Below the pieces are notes generated by a model, which was not told the origin of the DNA, searched no databases, and saw only the letters and a list, made by a program, of their open reading frames with translations. Shown here piece by piece: positions 41,644-53,645 of a DNA stretch of 64,000 bases. A program made the position numbers and the translations under genes. How positions within the stretch are numbered: position 1 is the stretch's first letter; each line of letters starts with the position of its first letter. Source of the stretch: Chrysomallon squamiferum (lineage: Eukaryota; Animalia; Mollusca); assembly GCA_012295275.1 (NCBI GenBank), contig CM022671.1, forward strand, positions 7,998,001-8,062,000, read 5' to 3'.

Positions 41644-42122
41644 AAAATTTAATCATAGCTCACAGTTATGTTAACCTGATCATCATATTGGTTTCCATAG
41701 CAGGAGTTGTCACTTTGTCTGTGGTAGTTTTGTTATGTGGTGACTGTTACAACTCTGAGGTGTCCAGCACAAACCACCCAGCCTGTGGTGGGAACAACAG
41801 GGGATTTGGTGCTGATGGCTACAGAATTGCACAGCCTCAAGACACCAACACCTTCACTGATGTAACAAATGTGACATCAGCAAATCAGGCTTTGCCCTAT
41901 TCCATGATACCTGTTCATATTCAGACAGAGCCGCAGTTTGTGGGTTATGGAGCCACACCAAACAGAAATACATCAGGTTCCGGGGAACCGCAGTTAGACA
42001 GAAGAAATGTTTCTCATTCACAGGGCAGGACAGGTGGCAGACATGTCAATCCAATGGAACAGGATGTTGTGCCAGAAGAACCACCTCCATCTTATGACGA
42101 GTCCTTGAGAACAGGCGTATAA
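41644..42122 (+). CDS. Terminal coding exon encoding a TM helix and a tail with PPPSY and C-terminal TGV; either an alternative last exon of protein B or part of a separate small TM gene
   Basis: Acceptor ATCATTCTTTTACTTTCAG ending 41643, phase 1. LIIILVSIAGVVTLSVVVLLC hydrophobic helix; EEPPPSYDESLRTGV*. Higher GC than the flanks. I found no upstream coding exons of its own. Confidence 0.75.
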
Positions 42123-45100
42123 AACAAACAAAAAATGCCTGTGCAGATATTTAAGACGAAAAAATAAACAAAATGAAAACATTTTGACAAACTTGACATT
42201 AGGGAATGAAATGAATTATTATAGATTTTATCTTGTTATTATTGTTTTTGTTTTTGTGATGTTAATTTTGAAATTTCTTTAAATATTTGTCATGATTGTA
42301 ATTTGGTAAATTAATCTAAGAGCATGATCATAGACTTTTCTTTTTTTTTTAAAGAAAAAAGAAGAAACAAAAAGTGATATATAGACTTTCTACTTCATCA
42401 GTGCCTAAATAAACATATTTTATATATAAAACATGTATATATTTATATATTGTTATTATTTTTGTTTATTATTATTTAAAAAAAATTTTTTTTTTATGTA
42501 AAAATATTAGTATGAATTAGTATGAAAAATACACAAGTATTTATGTTTTACATAGTTGCACATACAGAAATATAAATAGTGAAATAAATTTTAAATTTAT
42601 TCTAAGTATCTTAAAACCTGGCATTAATTATTTTAGAATCTTACTTACTTCACTGACACATACAACATCCAATCTTTGGAGAAAAAATTTAAGTGATTTA
42701 AAGGAACATTATTTCACCACCAGTCTTGTCTTCAAATTTGTCCACATCATTAGGGTCTACCATAAAATCCTCAATTCCATTTTGCTTCAGAAATTAACAG
42801 TAATTAAAATTATGAATTAATTAACTGATCTTCTTAGCTGTGATTTGAGACAAATGATCTGCATTGTTATATTTTTGTATACAATTTGTTGTGAGCTTTG
42901 CACCATGTTTTATAGATCATTTTTACTGTTATATATTTATACATTGTATAAAATGTATTTGGGCGTTGTTTTTTTTCAGGTTTATTTATATTTACTATGT
43001 CTTTATAATTATCTTTGTTTACAGAAATATTAAAATATTATATTTTCTTGTACTTTTCGTTTTTACTACTTTTTATAATGAAAATAAATACAAGCTATGA
43101 TAATCAATATAATTAATGAAAAAAAAAGAAAAAGAAACAAAACATTATGCAAAACACAAGATCTGCATTTAATTTTTATTGTATTTCTGTGATGTAGCTT
43201 ATAATAAATTGGTTTTTTATGTACCACAATTTTAATAAAGTATAATAAGAAATAAAAAAATTATCATTCCAGTAGAAACTTAAGTGTTAAAAGAGAAAAA
43301 AAGGCACTTAGTTTTACAATTACAATAATTATTTTATGAAAGTAAAGGGCCCTTTTAAGTGCCCTTCATTTTGTTGTTATTGAAGTGCATAGATTTAATA
43401 CAACTTGTATTCCTAAAAATGATTTTAGTCTTTGTCTACACAATAAAGCACAAGAAATAGCATGTACTTGTGGATCCACATATTGTGACATTTTCCATTT
43501 CACTCAGATCATTTTTTTTCGGGTGGTTTTTTTTGTTGCCAGAAAAGAAAAAGCGGTTTCAAGGGTGATTATGGTGATAACTTTTTGTACGTATGACATG
43601 AAAATAAGTAAGAAAATGCCAGTCACTATACATTCACAGAAGCTTGTGATTGTTCTTACAGTTTGTTGCAGATTTGGGAGAAATCATTTAATATTAATTT
43701 TGTTTATTTACATACAACTGTGACAATGTTCCTTTTCTCTTTTCAAATCTTTATTAAAACTAAACAATAAAAATGTATCTTTGGCCATAAGAACAATTTG
43801 CATGAAAAACAAAGAAAAAGATTTTTGTAATCAATCTTTGCTGAAAATGCTAATGATAAAGTACAATACAGCAATAACAAAGTGTATAATGATCAATGAA
43901 ATAATCCGATTGCGGTGGAAATGACAAAATGTTTTCAACAAATGATCAAATAAACAAAAGTTTTGTTTTCTCATTAAAAAAATTAAAAAAAATAAATAAA
44001 TAAATAAATAAATAAAATACAATTGTCTAAAATTGGAGTATATACCATTAACTTACTGGTTTATATATTTCACTTTCAAATTATTGTTTCTAAATATACT
44101 TAAGTATAATTCCAGTTTCTAAACAAACTTACGCATGATTCAGATTTCTAAAAGAACTGTTCTCACATTCACTAAAAACTGCCCTTTTAGCATAAACTCA
44201 GAAAACCAAAGTTTACATGTTAACAAGACCTGAAAAAGTTTTATCGCACATTTCAGACAAAACACCAAAAGAAACTTGGGATATGACATTTTGTCAGTTG
44301 CTGTAAAAGGAAAACAAAAATGAGTCTCGAAGGCAATGTAACAGCACTGTTTTACTGTTACACTTTATTACTGGCAAAAACAGGTCACCAAATGAAAAAA
44401 TTTAGAAATATACAAAATATATGAGGATCATTTCTTCTCATATTACACATTTAAAAAAAAAACATTTCAAACAAACATCATGTTACACACAACCAAATAA
44501 GTTTTAATGTTTTCAGCAAGTTAAATTATTTTTTTTAACATGAATATCTTTTCAGTATACACGTATATAATATTTACAGACGTTCATCATTCACACTATT
44601 TGCATCACTTTTTTATTATTACTATTTTTTGGTGAAATGAACAGAAAATAAAACAACCAATTGATAAAATATTTTGCCATAAATAGCATTATATCAATTA
44701 CAAAATACCCATCCCCCTCCCATGTCCCATTTGAAAACAATATTAATTTTTTTCCATGAATCAAACTAGAAATGTGTGTATGTTGTTTTTCAAATTCACT
44801 GGGCAAATAGGAAGCTTACAAAATTAGTATCAAATAAACATGACTGATGTGAAAGTAACATGCACATAATCATTACATCATAATTTAAAATACAATACAG
44901 CACTCACTTGTTCAAATTCCTGTGTATATTTTAACATGTTCAACACTAACACCTTACACAGACAAACTGTATTGATGTGTTTGATTATTTACATAAATAT
45001 TATGAAAAAAAAAATGGTCCTAAAGATCCTTTTATTCAGAAAAAAATAAAATTTGTGATCTTCAAAAAAACAAAAAAAACATACTAGATATTTTATAAAT

Positions 45101-45881
45101 TAAACAAAGACTTGCCAGACATGCTGTTCTGTGATTTTTACAAATTATTGTTTATTCGTAATCATGCCTTACTGATGTTACAATAGCAAAGAAAGGAAAT
45201 AAAATATCTGCTACATATTGCTAACCCATTTATTAGTTTTTTTTTTTAAATGTAAAAAATGAATCCAATAATTTCAGATATTAAATAAAGTATACTTTAA
45301 TATCAATGTTACTATTAAAGGTGGAAATTTGTTTTGTTACCAGTTTTTATTTGAACTAAAATACATCATTTGTATAAATAAACTGTGTGCCATCTTAAAA
45401 TGACAGCCACACACAAACATTTTTTTTATGCACAGTGAAAACACATTTTAAAAAACATTGTGTTATAATAATAAATTAATCATAATCATAATAACGAAGA
45501 ATAATAATAAAAATGAGTCTGTACAAAACCATTATGATTCATCATTCAAAAAATAATTTATAATATCTTTTTACTTTTGCACAGCTGAATAATGCCGATT
45601 AAATGTTTTGTAATATATATATATATATATTACTAATTTGCAGTACAATTCAAACATAAATAAATAAAAAAGAACTTCTGATGCCGAAGTGAAAAAGTTT
45701 TTCTTTGCTAAATTACAAAACACTTGCAAAATAAATAGCTGATTTCAAGATTGAAAGAATGTTGTGCTTTTTGTCGAATTACAAAACAAACTATCCATTA
45801 TCTTCTTCAAAAATAATGCCCATCAAAAAAGAAAATATTTATTGTAAATGACTCATGCTTTCCTATGCTGGCAGACATAAA

Positions 45882-48800
45882 CTAGTCATCATCGTCTATA
45901 GTGATTACTTCACCAATACAAATGCAGTCATCGTCATCGTCTGTTACTGGGTGTTTATCTCTGACAGGGGCAGAGATAACAGATTTTCTGCTTTCACTAG
46001 CTTTGATGGTGGAGTCTGACTTGGTGGACCCAACACGGTGATTGTGATCAGGAGGGTCCACTGGTAAGTTGTTCTGTTGAAGTGAAGAAATACATCCAAC
46101 CGTTCCAAGATCTTTTCTTACAGTATGCTTCGGATTTGTCTGCAGACTGTAAACAGATGAGATCTTCAGACAAAGGGATAGCTGATCCTGAAACTGATCT
46201 GCTGTTTGACAGTCTGCTTTTTTGTTTTTGTTTTCCTCTGACTGAACACATGGTGGCAAACTCTGATGAGGTTTTTGGTGACAGACTGGAGAAGATCCTG
46301 AAAATACAGCACTTGAAAAACTGTTTGCGGTGTTTGGCTTTTTAATGTCTTTATTCTGGAACTGTTCACGTTCCATCTTCCTTTTCAAAATACTTGAATC
46401 ACTTATGTTTCCATGACCACTGTATGATCTCCTGCTTACAAAAACATCATCTTCAAGCTCTTGCCTCACTTGAAAATTCTGCTTTCTCCTGTTGTTGCCA
46501 GCAGCTTTCTTCCCACTGACAAAAGAGTTTTCATTGAGATAATTTGTTGTCATGTGCACATTACTGATGGCTGCTTTGGGAAGATGCTGTGAGACAGGCA
46601 CGTAAACCATTTTTGATGTTGAGTCTCCATTGTTTTCATTGAACTGTTTTTCCACTTTCTTGACCAGAAAACACGGTCTAGGTTCAGATACCAGACATTC
46701 CATTCTTTTGTCACTTAATGTCTTTCTCACCACTGGGTTTTCTGATCCAGGGTTTGATCCAAAGCCATGCTTGTACTGATGGCTTGAACTGGACTGAGGA
46801 AATGGTCTTTTAATGTTTGACATAGGAATATCAACAGCGACAATGGATATGTCATCATCTATTGTCCAGACCGTGTTGTCATGAAACATTGGTTGAGACC
46901 ACTGTTGTATTTCTTTCTCTGTAAGGCGGTTGAGTACAACTTTGCAATTCTTCATCTTCTTTTTCAGCTGTCGACTTCTTTCAGTCAATCCTGTTTTCAC
47001 CCGAATAAGGAACTTTTTCTTGTCTGCTCTGGAGAATTTAATTTCATGTGAATGTTTAGGTATGCCCCTTTTCTTTCTTCTGAAAGTTATTGGGAAGTCC
47101 TGGGCTCTAATTCTCAGCTTGTCTGTGAATTCTGGCCGAGGTGCTGTACCACAGTATTCTGAAGGGTCGTAAATGATGTTCAAAGTATTTTCACCTCTCA
47201 TGTATTTTTTCAGTCTAATGCCCAAGTGAGAACTGAAAGGGATTCGTAATAAACATCCTTGTATCTGCAAGTCAGAGTCTTCAGGAGCATTATGGTTTGA
47301 ATCCAGTTCATGATCAAAGTTCAAGTGTTTTCTAGAGGAATTCTCCACATCATGACTCATTTGTGATATCAACGATTTTGATGACCTTGGTGAGCAAACC
47401 TGATGGGTTTCAAGCTCACTGACAGAGATAACATCACAGTTTACATTAACTTCTTTCCTTCTCATTTTCTGATTCAGTTCATGTTGTTTTGTTGAATTTA
47501 AACCTAGGGTTTTTAAAAAATCTGTCTGAGTGAGAATTTTATTTGGCTGACTGCGAGCACATTTAGGTCCTAGTAGTTTAGGTTTTGATGGACTTGTGTT
47601 TACTTCAGTATGTGATTTGAAGTTTTGGCTATTCCCTATAAGATATGTAGGCCCAGTGTCTACCTTGTGTTTATCTGGTTCACGTGCCTCTGTTTCACTG
47701 TCTTCACTGTAAATGATAATATCATCATCACTGAAATCACTGAACCCACTCTCATGTATTTCTTCTACTTCCAAATCCATCAATTCATCAACAGCATTGG
47801 TGCTTTTATTTGCTAGAAGTACAAAGTATGTATTATTGAAAACAGACTGCAAAGCACTTCTGATCATTTTAAAATGTGTAAATTTTACTTCTGAACAGCA
47901 AAGAAGCAATGAGACTTTATAATTCCACTATTAATAAAATGAAACTCTAATCTTGAATAAATGCTAACATGATTTTACCCCTTTTAAACAAATGAAAAAC
48001 CTTCAGTACTTTCATATATGATAGAATTTAAGTAAGCAAATTTCATTTTTCATTGCTAAAGAATGACAAATAAAACAAAGACAAAACATACCTTCTTTGT
48101 GTCTTTTCCCACTGGTTTCTAGACAACTGGAGGTAACCACCTAGCAACAAATCAATAATCTTTTATTTATATTTTTCTTATATCCTGCTGCATTCATATA
48201 CACATATTTACATTTAACATTCTGGTAAATCATTGAAAATAATATTTGGTTTAGAACTTCATAGTAACAGATGTAATACCAAAATAAAGTTGTGGAATAT
48301 ATATATATATTAAAATTGTTTTCATTGGTGAAAGAGTATAGTGGTTTGCACATTAATATCCAAAATAATTTTTAGGAAACAGGAACTGCGACCAAATCAA
48401 CAGAAATGCAATATCTTGTAATATCTGATGATATGGGTTAACAAAACAAATTTCAGTTTACTTCCATGAAGGCTAATAACTCTGACATTAAATAACATTT
48501 TCAGTTTAAAAAAATAAAATAAAAAAGTATCTGGAAGAAAATTAGATATTAAAATCAACGTACTTCTTCTGATTTGTCCTCTGATCTCAGACGATCTGCT
48601 TGGCCCAAATATTGGTAACATTTTGTCACAATCTGCCTTAGTGTGTCTACAGAACCATTTTCATTCTGAAACATAAAAACAAACATTTCAGAAACTGATC
48701 TGAATAATAACAAACTACTAATTAAATTTTATTTATTAAACCTTGTAAGAGGATAATGATATGTCCATAAATACATTTCAGCTCGATTACATTCGTTTTC

Positions 48801-51800
48801 TTTTAATTATTGTAAGATATATATATATATACCTCATTTGATTTTTCAGAGCCATTCTTTTGGTTTGATTCAAGAGTTGCATCTTTTGGCCACCAGTCTG
48901 GCTTCTCATGCAATCTTCCTTCAGTCAGGCTTAACATCTTTGGAATAAACTCTAAAAGCTGAGACTGGGGAGAGAAAAAAATATAGTATGTTCATTATGA
49001 GAATCTCACAAAAACATTTAATAAACTTATTATTGATTAGAAAAATGAACATATCAACAATTAAAAAAAAAAAGTTTATCATTCATTAAAAACAAAAGTA
49101 GGCAAGAAAGAAAAAGTTAAATTATTATTTTATTACATACTTTTGAAGCATGCTATGATTCAAAAAAATCTGAATGTATATTTAACTCTTTACAGTGCTC
49201 TGTAAAACATGCATTCCAACTTTTATGATGAATTTTTGCATTATAAAAATGTACAGTGTTGTATAATAATCAGATGGCATGCATTATTATTTAATATATG
49301 TGCCAAAACATACATTAAAAAAGTATATATATAAAATAAATAAAACTTTATATTTATAAAATAACTAGTTATGATAATTAATAAAAACTATTTTTTTAAA
49401 AAGACATTTTACTTCACCATGCCCAATTCTAGACAGAAAAACTTGCCTTTCCACTTGGAAAATATTTAAATTGTTATGTATTAATTATCACATGTTCTGT
49501 AAAACTGTGAAGAAGCAAACAGCTGCTAAAAGAATCTGTCTGTCACATAACCATTTTTAATGTTTTGGACTAACACAGCAAATAAATGTTTGAAAATGAT
49601 GTTTTTCAAAATGAACTTTTTATGCAAAAAACCCAACAGTAGTTACAAATAGCTGTAATGCACCAATTGTTTGGTTCCCTATTAACAAAGAAATGAAGGG
49701 CTAGGTTTCACTGACAGAAAATAGGACTGACACTTAGGCATTACACATACTTTATTATTATTATTACTGTTGTTGTCATGCATTTTCCAATTTTTAATTC
49801 AAGATTATATTTTTCATTGGGGAGATATCATTTCAGCTTCTTCTTTTAGAGATTAAAGCTTATGTACTAAGATATAAAACATCACTAATTATTAAAGATG
49901 TAAATTTTAGATTATTTTACCTAGCTCAATAGCAGAACAGAACATGCTGTTAACAAGTTTACCTTTTTTTTTTAAATCTTGCTTTACAGGTCAAAAACAG
50001 AAGGCACATTAACTTTTTGTTTTTAATAATCAATAATTAAAATTTAATGATCACCAAAACAAATCAGTAATTCTAAAATTGCACCAAAGATTACTGGACC
50101 TGCAAAGAGATCTAATTTGTGTATAAGGCTTGACAATAATGGTAGCCTGGATTGTTTCAGCTACCAACAGTTCCACTGGTATACCAGAATTCAGATCTTG
50201 TTTTTTTTTTTCTGCCTATACAGTGACTAGAGTTTTTAAAATACTGTATTCATCCACGAAAGTACCTTTCATCTGTGTGTTCTCCACGCATGAATCATTT
50301 TAACTGTGTTACCTATTTCTGTGACCTAACCCACAGAAGGTGATTGTGCAATATGCAGAAATAAAATTATTAAAAGAATATATTTGTCACTTTCTTTGTA
50401 GTATTCTAAATGAACTGATACAGATAAAAAGTGTTTTAACTAAAGTTAGAAGTATTGTTTATAGTTATGTAAATCTAACATTAGTGTTATCTGAAACAAA
50501 GCAATCAGTAATGCTCATTTCAAGGACGGTAGCTCTGTGACAAGTATTTGAATATTTTTTAATGACAAAGTCAAAATACCATCAGCAAAGCATCAGAAAG
50601 AGAAACAAGAAATAGTAATAAAAATGAAAACGGTCAAGAGGTTTTGTGTCATCATGGAAAAAGTCTGAAAGGATGAAGTTCAACAAACAAACAAAACAAA
50701 AATTCTGTTTTGTATCTCTCATGTATGAAATTGCAGTTTGGAGATAAAAAAGAATCATTTGATGTAGGATTCAAAAACTTTAAGAAAGAAACACTAGAAA
50801 AAAAAAAAAGTAGTGAATCTCACATAATTTGTTTTACAGGGTTCAATTTTAATGGTCATCTGGTTGTACTTGATGACATGATTTTCTGTTGTGCAACCTC
50901 TAACAGCAGAAAATGGCAGCCCATAAGAGAACCTTTAAAAATTCCCAGTAAGTGATGTTTAAAGTCAAACAGTCAACCCCCAAGTAAGCATGACGGATTG
51001 GTACAAAAGTTTAACCCAATCATTCACTTTCAGTTCTGAACTGCAATTCCTTTGCTGGCTGTGATAGATGAAATGTACCCATAATGTTGGCTGCCAATCA
51101 ATACCACAAAAAAAGAAATATTGCACATTCAGTGCAGATAAGAGTCCAGTTCTTATTTTTGCGCCTCAACATTGATTGTGTAACTAAAAAAAGTAGTTCA
51201 CAGTGGTTATGTAGCAGGCACGGATGATATTAATGTTTATATTTAAATTTTTGATCATTTATTTAGATTTGGGCAAGAGGCTAATGAAAAAATGTAAAAT
51301 TTCAGATTAACAGTCAGTTGTTAAGTATATTTGTTTCTTTTTTCTGTATATTCTATACATGCATGTCACACTGGGGAACACTGACTGAGTGCACAATCAT
51401 TTCATTCATGGTGGGGTCACACAGAACCGTGCTTGTGTAACCCATTTTCCACTTGAGCAAATTCGGTGCTGAGCAGCTGAATGATATTTTGCTCATCATT
51501 GGAAATAAAATGCCTTTCATATTGCATCAGTGGTGTTGGGCTCTGAGTGACATTAATTCACATCATGCTGCACTGCTACTCGAACAATACTAGTCAATCG
51601 TGCACAGGATATCCCTATAAGACTACAACGGACCATGACCGTGTCAACCAAGAAGTGGTAATATTTTGGGAGTAGTTTACATGCTGTAAATGGATTCAGA
51701 TCAACATTAACATTTCTGGACTTTATTAATAATGTGTAATAATATAACCATACATTTTAACTGTTCAGGAAGATCACTAAATGTTTTAGGTTTGTGTTTT

Positions 51801-52010
51801 TTTGAGGGAAGGTGTAGAAGAAAATAAAATATTTCTGAATCAATGGGGAATAAAATCATAATACTAAAATATTCTAATATAATGACAGTGCTGTGACTGA
51901 GAACAAGAATTTCAACAAATAAGAGAAAATATGAATATCTGTACCTTTGTCATGTTCTCTGGAGATAAAGGAGGCAGGTCCGTTTTATGAGATGAAGACT
52001 CCAAAATCAT
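45882..52010 (-). CDS. Protein with divergent NRF1/Erect-wing/P3A2-type DNA-binding domain at the N-terminus and a long disordered, SIM-rich C-terminus (~759 aa). Coding exons 52010-51945, 48964-48833, 48665-48564, 48140-48092, 47812-45882
   Basis: Spliced N-terminus MILESSSHKTDLPPLSPENMTK|SQLLEFIPKMLSLTEGRLHEKPDWWPKD...|NENGSVDTLRQIVTKCYQYLGQADRL parallels the NRF1 motifs LPPL...KMTQAQLRAFIPEML...KPIWWP...ALRTIVKNCYKQHGREDLL (recalled from memory). Phases 0,0,0,1 are consistent. There is an in-frame stop upstream of ATG 52010. Confidence 0.85.
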
Positions 52011-53522
52011 TTTACACCATCTCAGCTCCCCTGTCACAAGTCAGCTGGGAGGAAGCATGTTTTCTTCAGCACCATTCTGAAACAGATTTTTATTTGAATG
52101 TAAATGTTATCTAGGTAATCAAAGTATATAGTTTTGTCATATATAAATATCCACATGCAAATAATTTTTAAAAAATCTATCTATATATATATATATATAT
52201 ATATACTTGGTTTAGGAAAATACACACATCTGGAAAGGTTATGAAAAAATATTTGAATGTAAATATTTTGGAAAATTCATTTTGGATCCTTTTTAAAACA
52301 TACCCATTAGTTTGACAAGAATGATGAACTGTAATTCAGTTTTCAGCTTGTTTTTCAAATCACAACTACAAAAAAAACTTTGAAATAATTTTTCTTATTT
52401 TTTAAATAACTTCAAAAAGAAAGATAAAGAACGCCCAAGAAAGTAATAGTTAATAATCTGTATTTTGGATATTAGGAATTTATGTTACTCTTGAAGTACT
52501 GACTTTTCGATATATGCATGATTTATTTTACAAAGTAGGTATTCTATGAACCATTCAACAGGCTTAATGAGAAGTTTGATTCAATGGCCCCAGTATGATG
52601 CTGAATCAAATTTTAATTTCATTTGTAATAATCACCAGCCACATTCTGACTCAACATTCTTAAGCCATTCCTTGGAATAAGCATATATACTGTGGAAAGC
52701 CAATTACCACATATCCTTAAAAAAACACCTTGTTATGCTGCATGACTTGGACAAGCATCCAGAGTCTCCCAAACATCATATTAACCAAGACACAGATAAC
52801 ATGAATTCTATTTTTTGGTGGATAATTAACATCATTATAGGAATGACTGTGAAATTTAATTATGCAGTGAAAGAGGTTAAATGTTTCAGGGCTATGAACA
52901 TTCACAACAGAACTTGTAACCTTCCAAATTATGTAATACAATGATTTTGTGAAATAAACATTGACTTTATATAATTATATAAAGACAAAATCTAGAATGT
53001 TACTTTCTTTGGGTTTCCTAACACAAATAAGTGAATGTTTGAGTGAGAGATCTGTACATAGTATGAAAATGTACTCACTATATTATCTTCAAACCAATAC
53101 TTTTATTGATTAGTAAAGAAAAGGTTCAGAATCAGATTTTTTGTATTGTTAATTCATCACAGAAGATACACTTGATAACACGTGTTTACTTTAATTTTAT
53201 GTAATAATTATTCCTAAGTTACTAAATAGTTATTATACATTTAATATTCGTAATACACTATTATTAAAAACATTTGGAAGCTTCTGGAATGTCTTCTAAG
53301 TTTATTTACATGACGCAATATATTCGTCATCGTTCCATGACTCAGATACGTGACGCAGGGCGTATTAAATTATTATTTTCAAAAACGACTGCTCCCTTTT
53401 TTAACAGTCATTGACCTTGTTACGAGAGCGGGAATAATACGTAACTCTTAAAAAAACTAAAATTAGATTAACAGTGGTAAGTTAAAGTTGTCAGCTCAAA
53501 GATCAACCATTAGAATACTTAC

Positions 53523-53645
53523 AAATACACCGGTACCGGAAAATTGAGAACGTACACATCCACAACGACAGAAACTAAACGACTGCGCTGAACTCCTTTC
53601 GCTATCGAATCAAAATGGCGTCGCTCAAACCAGTGACGTCATGGG
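53523..53645 (-). promoter_or_regulatory. Probable first (non-coding) exon and core promoter of the NRF1-like gene
   Basis: Minus-strand donor GTAAGT at 53522-53517; CpG-rich patch; YY1-like CAAAATGGCG at 53611-53620; palindromic CRE TGACGTCA at 53634-53641. Confidence 0.6.

Noticed and set aside
1278-42122. Functional operon-like link between the RING ligase and the PPxY receptors
   Set aside because: PPxY recruits WW-domain HECT ligases, not RING-HC proteins. Adjacency in an animal genome is not evidence of a shared pathway.
47813-47909. ORF-track N-terminus of the 675-aa ORF (MLLCCSEV...)
   Set aside because: Likely intronic: a better acceptor (TACTTTGTACTTCTAG) sits at 47814-47813. An in-phase alternative acceptor at 47892-47891 cannot be fully excluded.
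50325-50332. CCTAACCC telomere-template-like 8-mer in an intron
   Set aside because: Expected by chance, with no adjoining pseudoknot or H/ACA features seen.
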